From NCBI GenBank assembly GCA_031372765.1, contig JANMLW010000064.1, positions 1-55,130 on the forward strand: a stretch of DNA of 55,130 nucleotides, in the 5' to 3' direction. The DNA is from Hyphomicrobiales bacterium (lineage in GTDB: Bacteria; Pseudomonadota; Alphaproteobacteria; Rhizobiales; Beijerinckiaceae). Below the pieces are notes generated by a model. That model was not told the origin of the DNA, did no database searches, and saw only the letters and a list, made by a program, of their open reading frames with translations. Position 1 is the first letter of the stretch. Each line of letters starts with the position of its first letter. Both the position numbers and the translations under genes were made by a program. Of the stretch, positions 1 through 6,947 are shown piece after piece.

Positions 1-1
1 C

Positions 2-391
2 CGTGTGGTGGGGGACCGCTTCGTCATCCAGTCGGAAATCCTGTTCGAGGCCGGGCAGGCCGTGCTGAATCCTGCCGGATTGCCGGAGCTGGACAAGCTG
101 GCCGCAGTGCTGACGGATGCGGCACGCGAGATCCCGCCCGATATTGCATGGGTGTTGCGGGTGGATGGTCACACGGATCGCCGCCCTATCCAGTCAGTGC
201 AGTTCCCGTCCAACTGGGAGTTGTCAGCGGCTCGCGCCATAGCGGTGGTGCGCTATCTCGCCTTGCGGGGCATACCCGAAACGCGGTTGCTGGCGGCAGG
301 TTTTGGCGAGTTCCAGCCGATTGAAACGGGTGATGGCGACGATGTTCTGCGGCGCAACCGCCGGATTGAGTTGAAGCTGACTGAGCGGTGA
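2..391 (+). CDS. OmpA/MotB-type peptidoglycan-binding domain protein, C-terminal part (5' end lies outside the window)
   Basis: Reading frame is open to the window edge. The translation (FEAGQAVL...VDGHTD...SNWELSAARAIAVVRYL...RRNRRIELKL) matches the OmpA_C-like domain pattern. Confidence 0.75.
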   Translation, partial: RVVGDRFVIQSEILFEAGQAVLNPAGLPELDKLAAVLTDAAREIPPDIAWVLRVDGHTDRRPIQSVQFPSNWELSAARAIAVVRYLALRGIPETRLLAAGFGEFQPIETGDGDDVLRRNRRIELKLTER

Positions 392-401
392 GTGGTGATT
401 T

Positions 402-530
402 CTCCCTCCCCCCGCTTGCGGTGGGGAGGGTTGGGGTGGGGGGAAAAAGTCCAGCAGGAATGATCCCCCCACCCTGATCTCCGCTTCGCTCGATCTTCCC
501 TCCCCACCAAAAATGGGGGGAGGGTGTTCC
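402..530. repeat. REP-like intergenic element made of three GC-tract hairpins
   Basis: Hairpin 1 pairs CCCTCCCC (404-411) with GGGGAGGG (423-430). Hairpin 2 pairs GGGTGGGGGG (434-443) with CCCCCCACCC (465-474). Hairpin 3 pairs CCCTCCCC (498-505) with GGGGAGGG (517-524). Hairpins 1 and 3 have identical arms. Confidence 0.6.
423..443 (+). other. Canonical G-quadruplex motif GGGGAGGGTTGGGGTGGGGGG
   Basis: Four G-runs of at least 3 nt separated by 1-2 nt loops, read directly from the sequence. Whether it folds in vivo is unknown. Confidence 0.45.
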
Positions 531-563
531 CGAAAGATCGTATAAATACAAAGGAACAGCACG

Positions 564-848
564 ATGGCTCTTGAAACAAAGCCCTGGGATGCGGTTGATT
601 TCATCAAGACAGCCGAGCAACAGGCGGCCTATCTCGAAGCGGCGTTTGAAGATGGTGACCCTACCCTGATTGCAGCCGCCATCGGCGATATTGCCCGCGC
701 CCGTGGCATGACAGACCTTGCGCGTGAAACGGGCGTCACGCGCAATGCGCTCTACAAGGCTTTCAAAGATGGTGGAAATCCGACCCTGAGTACGCTGGCG
801 TCTGTGGTGAATGCTTTGGGGTTCAAGCTGGCGGTGAATCCGCGGTAG
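564..848 (+). CDS. HigA-family addiction-module antidote protein (XRE-type HTH) with no adjacent toxin gene
   Basis: The 94-aa product carries YLEAAFEDGDPTLIAAAIGDIARARGMTDLARETGVTRNALYKAF...GNPTLSTL..VVNALGFKL, which is typical of the HigA antidote family. Confidence 0.85.
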   Translation: MALETKPWDAVDFIKTAEQQAAYLEAAFEDGDPTLIAAAIGDIARARGMTDLARETGVTRNALYKAFKDGGNPTLSTLASVVNALGFKLAVNPR

Positions 849-941
849 GCAACAACCCGGTGATTGTCTGCATTTTGTCGGCGAGAAGAGGCGCACTGTC
901 ACCGTAGTGGCATAATGGTAGATTCTACCATTGAACTCCGT

Positions 942-1526
942 TTATAATGGGGGTCTACCAAATTCGAGCCATTCACCAAGGTCATTATTCCAAGTTTGAA
1001 CCTCTCTAAGAAGCTTTGTCCATGCTGGCGTCTGCCACTCACGTAGATCTGATAAAATGTTCGAAATTGCCAGCACATCGTGGAATCTATATTCCGCCAT
1101 AACGGCATCAATGCCCACCTGAGAAGTGTTGCCCCAAATCAAGATGGCCCCATGTGTTTTCACAGGTACTTTCTGAATTACTGCGACGTTGGGCTTTCCT
1201 GCATAATCTAGGAAGGCATTGAATGCATCCTTCTTATGGTGATCAAGCTGTTGCGGATTTGTCAGCGTTAGAAATTTGAAATTCTTATACGCAATTTCAC
1301 ATTTCATTTCTGCAACAAAAATCCGATTCGTACTCCGCTCTTGCAGAGTAAAGTCAATTATCCGTTTCTTGTCACCATGTTGAAGTTTAGGACGTCCTCC
1401 GCCGCAGCGGTATGGTGCGCGCTCGTCATCAATCCAAACCCTTACAATCTCCTCGCTGAAAATGCCGAAAACACGCGAGAGAAAATTTGCGCGGCGTTCA
1501 TCATTTTTATCAAAAAAATCTTTCAT
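942..1526 (-). CDS. Hypothetical 194-aa protein with a PD-(D/E)xK nuclease-like motif, in a low-GC islet
   Basis: It is the only long ORF in a segment of about 40% GC. The putative motif is E24/E25 ... D58 (IIDFTL) ... E73-x-K75 (VAEMKCE). I do not recognise the family. Confidence 0.6.
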   Translation of the reverse strand: MKDFFDKNDERRANFLSRVFGIFSEEIVRVWIDDERAPYRCGGGRPKLQHGDKKRIIDFTLQERSTNRIFVAEMKCEIAYKNFKFLTLTNPQQLDHHKKDAFNAFLDYAGKPNVAVIQKVPVKTHGAILIWGNTSQVGIDAVMAEYRFHDVLAISNILSDLREWQTPAWTKLLREVQTWNNDLGEWLEFGRPPL

Positions 1527-1728
1527 TCATTTTGAAGTATCAGAAGCCTGTTTTCGATCAAGCGTAAAAGGATTAAGGGGAAGCCATATCAATTGCATCA
1601 TTACCTTCCTGCCTTCGCCGTGATCCGCGCTTTTATGACGCGACGCTACAGCCAAACTTTACTTCTGCAACCGCAATAAATTCTGCACCTCCCAAGACCT
1701 TTGAGGTACAACTGCCATTGAAGTATCC

Positions 1729-2967
1729 TCAAGCCTTGTCGAGTCCGTAGAGCGTATGCAGTGTCCGCACGGCAAGCTCCGTATAGGCCGCATCGATCAG
1801 CACCGCGAACTTGATCTCGGAGGTGGTGATCGCCCGGATATTGATACCCTTGTCCGCCAGCGCCTGAAAAGCCATGGCGGCAACACCGGCGTGGCTGCGC
1901 ATGCCGATGCCGATTGCGGAAATTTTGGCCACATCGCGCGCACCGTCCAGCGTGGTATAGCCGATGTTTTCACTGTTCTTCTTCAGCACATCCATCACCC
2001 GGTCATATTCAGCGGCTGGCGCCGTGAAGGTGATGTCAGTGGTCTTGCCATCGGCTGAAATGTTCTGGACGATCATATCCACATTGACGGCGGCCTCCGC
2101 CAGTGGGGCAAAGACAGCGGCGGCAACGCCGGGTTTGTCCGCCACCTTGCGCAGGGTGAACTGGGCTTCGTCCTTTGAGAAGGCAATGCCGGTAACGTGT
2201 TGCTGTTCCACGATATCTTCCTCGTCACAGATGAGGGTTCCAGGGGTAGGGTTCTCGGGATCGTCAAACGACGAGCGTACATAGGTCTTGACGCGCTGGG
2301 CCATGGCGATCTCGACCGAGCGCACCTGCAGCACCTTGGATCCGGCGGATGCCATCTCCAGCATTTCCTCGAAGGACACCTTCTCCATGCGCTGGGCTTT
2401 CGCCACAACACGGGGATCGGTGGTGTAAACGCCGTCGACATCGGTGTAGATATCACAGCGGTCTGCCTTCAGGGCCGCTGCAATGCCCACAGCTGAGGTG
2501 TCCGAACCGCCACGCCCAAGCGTGACGATGCGGCCCGTTTCCTTGTGGACGCCCTGAAAGCCCGAGACAACGGCGATCTCGCGGTTGCGCAAGAAGGCCG
2601 CAATGATATTGCTGCCGTCAATGCCCTCGATACGGGCAGAGCTGTGCACATCGCTGCCGTAGATCGGCACCTGCCAGCCCTGCCACGAGCGGGCGGGCAG
2701 GCCCATCTCATTCAGCACAATGGCCAGAAGCCCGGATGTGACCTGCTCGCCTGACGCCACAACGACATCGTATTCCTTGGTGTCGTAAAGGGTTGAGGCC
2801 TCCTGACACCAACCCACCAGCTCGTTGGTCTTGCCTGACATGGCCGAAACAACGACAGCCACGTCATGGCCTGCGTCCCATTCGCGTTTGACATGGCGTG
2901 CCACGTTGCGGAGGCGTTCAATGGTGGCGACGGAGGTTCCGCCGAATTTAAGCACGAGGCGGGCCAT
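1729..2967 (-). CDS. lysC: Aspartate kinase
   Basis: The N-terminus MARLVLKFGGTSV is followed by VVVSAMSGKTNELV and C-terminal ACT repeats. The tracked ORF runs upstream to 3675, but the ATG at 2967 gives the canonical N-terminus (412 aa). Confidence 0.95.
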   Translation of the reverse strand: MARLVLKFGGTSVATIERLRNVARHVKREWDAGHDVAVVVSAMSGKTNELVGWCQEASTLYDTKEYDVVVASGEQVTSGLLAIVLNEMGLPARSWQGWQVPIYGSDVHSSARIEGIDGSNIIAAFLRNREIAVVSGFQGVHKETGRIVTLGRGGSDTSAVGIAAALKADRCDIYTDVDGVYTTDPRVVAKAQRMEKVSFEEMLEMASAGSKVLQVRSVEIAMAQRVKTYVRSSFDDPENPTPGTLICDEEDIVEQQHVTGIAFSKDEAQFTLRKVADKPGVAAAVFAPLAEAAVNVDMIVQNISADGKTTDITFTAPAAEYDRVMDVLKKNSENIGYTTLDGARDVAKISAIGIGMRSHAGVAAMAFQALADKGINIRAITTSEIKFAVLIDAAYTELAVRTLHTLYGLDKA

Positions 2968-3093
2968 GGAATATCTTGGTCCGTTAGAGGAGGGTTGAGC
3001 CCAGCGGCCAAATGGCCAATGGTCTTGGTGGTTGCGCGGCCTTATGAAAGGGGCTGAAGCATGTGTCAATGCAGGTGCGCTGGCCCGGAGAGT

Positions 3094-3843
3094 ATGATGG
3101 CAAACAGAACAGCTCCACATGTGGATGAAGCCGAGGTCGAGAAGTTTGACCGGCTGGCATCGGAATGGTGGGACCCCAAGGGCAAGATGAAGCCCCTGCA
3201 TAAATTCAATCCGGTGCGTATGGCCTATCTGCGGGACACGCTGGCAGCGCATTTCGGACGGGATGGGCGCGCGCCCGAGCCGTTTGAAGGGTTGTCCTTG
3301 CTCGATATCGGATGTGGCGGCGGATTGCTCTGCGAACCCATGGCACGGTTGGGCTGTGACGTGACAGGCATCGATCCTGCCCGCAACAATGTCGATGTGG
3401 CCCGCGCCCATGCGGCACGCACCGGCGTGAGCGTGACGTATCGCAGGGACACCGCTGAAGTGCTGCTGAAGGAGCCTGAGCGCTTCGATGTGGTGCTGAT
3501 CATGGAAGTTGTCGAGCATGTGCCCGATGTCAACGCTTTCGTGCTGACGGCGACCGAGCTGGTCAAGCCGGGTGGATTGCTGGTGGCAGCCACCATCAAC
3601 CGGACCAAGCGGGCCTTTGCCCTGGCCATCTTCGGCGCGGAATATGTGCTCCGCTGGCTGCCGGTAGGCACGCATTCGTGGGACAAGTTTGTGACGCCGC
3701 AGGAGCTTGAGGAGGCCATCTCGGTGCGTGACATGGCGGTGTTTGACCGACAGGGCGTGGTGTTCAACCCCTTGTCGGACAAATGGTCCCTGTCGCGTGA
3801 TATGGCCGTCAATTACATGCTGGCGGCCAGCAAACCGCTCTAG
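3094..3843 (+). CDS. ubiG: Ubiquinone biosynthesis O-methyltransferase
   Basis: Carries EVEKFDRLASEWWDPKGKMKPLHKFNPVR and the SAM motif LLDIGCGGGLL. It is divergent from lysC, as in many Rhizobiales. The start is taken at the MMANRT methionines. Confidence 0.9.
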   Translation: MMANRTAPHVDEAEVEKFDRLASEWWDPKGKMKPLHKFNPVRMAYLRDTLAAHFGRDGRAPEPFEGLSLLDIGCGGGLLCEPMARLGCDVTGIDPARNNVDVARAHAARTGVSVTYRRDTAEVLLKEPERFDVVLIMEVVEHVPDVNAFVLTATELVKPGGLLVAATINRTKRAFALAIFGAEYVLRWLPVGTHSWDKFVTPQELEEAISVRDMAVFDRQGVVFNPLSDKWSLSRDMAVNYMLAASKPL

Positions 3844-3844
3844 G

Positions 3845-4735
3845 TCAATTCAGCGGCCAGCTGGCGGACCACCACGCTGGCTTTATGACGGCTGCGGGCA
3901 CGCCACCCGCATGGATTGGCAGATTGGCGGCCAGTGCATCCGCCACGCGGTCCAGCCGCAGCATGGCAAGGCCTGTGCCGGCACAACAGCTGCCGGTAAC
4001 GCCGAGTGTTTTCTCGCCGGCGATGACAGGTGCCCCTTCGGCAATGCTGATGTGATCCTCATACCGCAGTTGCACAAGACGTGTGCGGGCCGTGCCCCTA
4101 TGTTGCATCCGCGAGACGACTTCCTGTCCCACATAGCACCCCTTTTTGAAATCGATGCCGTTCAACTGGTCCATGTTGATTTCATGGGGAAAGGTATCGT
4201 TCAGCGCATAGTCAAACAGAGGCTCGCCCAATCCCAGACGGGCCCGCCGATCATGATATTCCTCAAGTTCCACCAATGTGGCTTCAGCCGCCTCGATCAG
4301 GTTGTCCACCTGTGAGGTGTGTACGATGACGCGCTGGCCCATAGCGGGCAGGCGCGGGTCCAGAAAGCTCATGGCAAGATCAGTGACAGGCGCACCACCC
4401 CAGAGCGCCACCACGCGCAGATCGGCTGACATATCCGCAATCGTCACCTTTGCCCGCAGCTTGTAGAGCGTCAGACGCCTGACCAGATCGTCAATGCTGA
4501 CAACAGGCACATCACAATAGAAGCCGCCGCCATCCTCTGCGTCAGCCTCCGTGATGAAGAAATCAGCGATGATCTTGCCCTGTGGCGTCAGCAGGGCTGC
4601 GTGGCAGGCAATATCGGGCTTCGCCCGCTCCAGGCTGTTGGTGACAAGCCCGTCCAGAAAGCTGCGCGCATCGTCTCCGGCAACCCGCAACACGCCCCGG
4701 TTGGGCAAGCCCACAGCTTTTCGTGTTTCTGTCAT
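3845..4735 (-). CDS. ygfZ: YgfZ-family folate-binding protein
   Basis: Carries the C-terminal signature FKKGCYVGQEVVSRMQHRG and an aminomethyltransferase-like N-terminus (LRVAGDDARSFLDGLVTN). The start is trimmed to MTETRK at 4735. Confidence 0.85.
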   Translation of the reverse strand: MTETRKAVGLPNRGVLRVAGDDARSFLDGLVTNSLERAKPDIACHAALLTPQGKIIADFFITEADAEDGGGFYCDVPVVSIDDLVRRLTLYKLRAKVTIADMSADLRVVALWGGAPVTDLAMSFLDPRLPAMGQRVIVHTSQVDNLIEAAEATLVELEEYHDRRARLGLGEPLFDYALNDTFPHEINMDQLNGIDFKKGCYVGQEVVSRMQHRGTARTRLVQLRYEDHISIAEGAPVIAGEKTLGVTGSCCAGTGLAMLRLDRVADALAANLPIHAGGVPAAVIKPAWWSASWPLN

Positions 4736-4826
4736 GAAAAATGCACTCTCTGGCTTGAGCGAAGGATGCCACTTCCGTAAGCGTGCAAAAGCCTGATCAC
4801 AACAGGCGATTGAGGGAGTGCCTGTT

Positions 4827-6152
4827 ATGGCGCAGACTTTTGACAGGATTTTCAAGGGTGGCACCGTCGTCAACCACGATGGCACTGGCCAACGTGACAT
4901 TGGCGTCATCAATGGCCGCATTGCCGCCATCGGAGCACTGGGGTCAGCTCATGCCGGTGAAACCGTTGATTGCGCGGGTCTGCATATCCTGCCCGGTGTC
5001 ATTGACAGTCAGGTGCATTTTCGCGAGCCGGGCCTCACCCACAAGGAGGACCTTGAAACAGGATCGCTTGCCGCTGTCATGGGTGGCGTCACGGCCGTGT
5101 TCGAGATGCCCAACACCAACCCGCTCACGATTTCCGAAGAGGCTTTGCAGGACAAGCTGAAAGCGGCCCATCACCGCATGCACTGCGATTTTGCGTTCTG
5201 GGTTGGCGGTACCCATGAAAACGCCAGGGACGTGGCGGAGTTGGAGCGATTGCCCGGCACACCTGGTATCAAGGTGTTCATGGGGTCGTCTACCGGGTCA
5301 CTTCTGGTGGAAGACGATGAGGGCGTGTTCGAGATATTGAAGCGCACACGTCGCCGGGCAGCCTTTCATTCCGAGGATGAAGCGCGGCTGCGTGAGCGCA
5401 TGCATCTCAGAGTGGCGGGTGACCCATCCTCACATCCTGTGTGGCGTGACGCTGAGACAGCCTTGCGGTGCACACAGCGTCTGGTGGCGGTGGCCAGGAA
5501 AGCGCGGGCTAAAATCCATGTCCTGCATATCTCCACGGCGGATGAAATGCTGTTTTTGCAGGACCACAAGGATATTGCCACCTGCGAAGCGACGCCCCAT
5601 CACCTGACACTGGTTGCACCTGATTGCTATGAGCGCCTCGGGGCCTATGCCCAGATGAACCCGCCGGTGCGCGATGATCACCATCGCCAGGGAATCTGGC
5701 AAGGCCTGACACAGGGGATAGTTGATTGTCTGGGCTCGGACCATGCCCCCCATACGCATGAAGAAAAGAAACATGCCTATCCAGCCACCCATTCAGGCAT
5801 GACCGGAGTGCAAACGCTGGTGCCTATCATGCTTGATCATGTTCATCACGGGCGTCTCAGTCTCGAACGCCTGGTTGATCTGACCAGTGCCGGACCCAAG
5901 CGCCTGTTTGGTATCGCCAACAAGGGAAGGATATCCGTTGGTTATGATGCCGACCTGACGATCGTCGATCTCAAGCGCCGGGAAACCATTGGCAATGACT
6001 GGATCGCTTCCCGGTGTGGCTGGACGCCCTATGACGGTGTGACCGTCACCGGCTGGCCTGTTGGAACTGTTGTACGCGGGCGGCGCGTCATGTGGGAATC
6101 AGCCCTTTGTGAGCCATCTTGTGGGGAGCTTGTCAGGTTCGAAGGTGTGTAG
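4827..6152 (+). CDS. pyrC: Dihydroorotase (cyclic amidohydrolase family)
   Basis: Carries DSQVHFREPGLTHKEDLETGS...FEMPNTNP...GSDHAPH. The ATG at 4827 lies 9 nt after a GAGGGA Shine-Dalgarno sequence. Confidence 0.8.
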   Translation: MAQTFDRIFKGGTVVNHDGTGQRDIGVINGRIAAIGALGSAHAGETVDCAGLHILPGVIDSQVHFREPGLTHKEDLETGSLAAVMGGVTAVFEMPNTNPLTISEEALQDKLKAAHHRMHCDFAFWVGGTHENARDVAELERLPGTPGIKVFMGSSTGSLLVEDDEGVFEILKRTRRRAAFHSEDEARLRERMHLRVAGDPSSHPVWRDAETALRCTQRLVAVARKARAKIHVLHISTADEMLFLQDHKDIATCEATPHHLTLVAPDCYERLGAYAQMNPPVRDDHHRQGIWQGLTQGIVDCLGSDHAPHTHEEKKHAYPATHSGMTGVQTLVPIMLDHVHHGRLSLERLVDLTSAGPKRLFGIANKGRISVGYDADLTIVDLKRRETIGNDWIASRCGWTPYDGVTVTGWPVGTVVRGRRVMWESALCEPSCGELVRFEGV

Positions 6153-6171
6153 GCGGCTCTCTTTCCTGTTG

Positions 6172-6244
6172 AGTCTGGCAAGTTATCTTAAGAATCCCGA
6201 CACTGATTTTATTTGCCACAATCGTCGTCAATGACCTTGACTCT
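6172..6244. promoter_or_regulatory. Cluster of three GANTC (CcrM methylation) sites
   Basis: GAGTC at 6172-6176, GAATC at 6193-6197 and GACTC at 6240-6244. I found no further GANTC in the rest of the dnaA upstream region. Confidence 0.4.
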
Positions 6245-6453
6245 CCGTAAGTACAGGTGGCGCAATAGAGTAGACTGAATGCGCAGAATTATACTATATA
6301 TATCAACATTTTAGATGGTAAGCCCCATTTAGGTGCGGCATCGGCTGTTTTAGGAAAAATCTTTTTTGAGGGGGCTTGAAAGTTGTTCCGGTTCCGAAAT
6401 ATTGCGCCGCTGCAAAAGGTTTAAATCAGTTTTTTCACGTCATTTCATCACCT

Positions 6454-6468
6454 TAAGCATTCGTTAAC
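6454..6468. promoter_or_regulatory. Perfect CtrA-box consensus TTAA-N7-TTAA
   Basis: TTAAgcattcgTTAA read directly from the sequence. The 9-mer TTAAGCATT recurs at 6489-6497. Confidence 0.5.
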
Positions 6469-6473
6469 ATCCT

Positions 6474-6482
6474 GTGGAAAAC
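6474..6482 (-). promoter_or_regulatory. DnaA-box-like 9-mer (TTTTCCACA on the minus strand)
   Basis: One mismatch to TTATCCACA. It lies 5 nt from the CtrA box and about 470 nt upstream of dnaA. Confidence 0.4.
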
Positions 6483-6947
6483 TCCTATTAAGCATTGCCT
6501 TCAGGAAGCCGACTAAGGGCTGCCATAATTTCGGTTGCTGGCATTCGAGCGGGGTGTGTAGAGACTTTACATGCCGCTTTTGGGCGGACCAATTCATCCC
6601 AAGAACGAAGGGTTGAGCATGGTGAACCTCTGGTTTGCCATGGCTGGAATTCTGCGTTCAAAACGACCGCACGGTCAGGCGTAAAAACAGGGGACGCGTG
6701 GCTTCATGGTTGGGAATTGAAATACCGGGTATGGCAGGAAAGGCAGGATGTGCATGCGACGACCAGGAAAAGCGCAAATACGGAAAATGTCTGAGATCAT
6801 TCTTTCTAAGCCATACTTGAGAAGGCACACTTGAATTGACGGCAATCATCGGAGGCGACTGCCTTCAATCCTTTTCAAAGACAATAAACAGGACAGCACC
6901 AGGCAACTCGTTTGCAGGATGCGACAAACCTGTCACCGGGGCCGGAC

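Noticed and set aside
186-902. A 238-aa minus-strand ORF spanning the OmpA-like gene, the hairpin element and the HigA gene
   Set aside because: It is antisense to two recognisable genes and runs through the GC-tract repeats (PPP/GGG runs). This is a typical high-GC shadow ORF.
2968-3675. Upstream extension of the lysC ORF (the tracked ORF is 1729-3675, 648 aa)
   Set aside because: The extension is antisense to the well-supported ubiG gene and has an Arg/His/Gly-rich nonsense-like composition. The canonical aspartokinase N-terminus MARLVLKFGGTSV starts at 2967.
6495-6820. Plus-strand ORFs of 99 aa and 61 aa in the dnaA upstream region
   Set aside because: One uses a non-ATG start. Neither has a Shine-Dalgarno sequence, their composition is atypical for this genome's proteins, and they have no recognisable motif. 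I treat the region as a non-coding leader or promoter.
6153-6947. The possibility that the dnaA upstream region is the chromosomal origin (oriC)
   Set aside because: I found only one near-consensus DnaA box and one CtrA box. In characterised alphaproteobacteria the origin lies near hemE rather than dnaA. I keep the region as a regulatory-region finding, and GC-skew analysis of the full replicon would settle the question.
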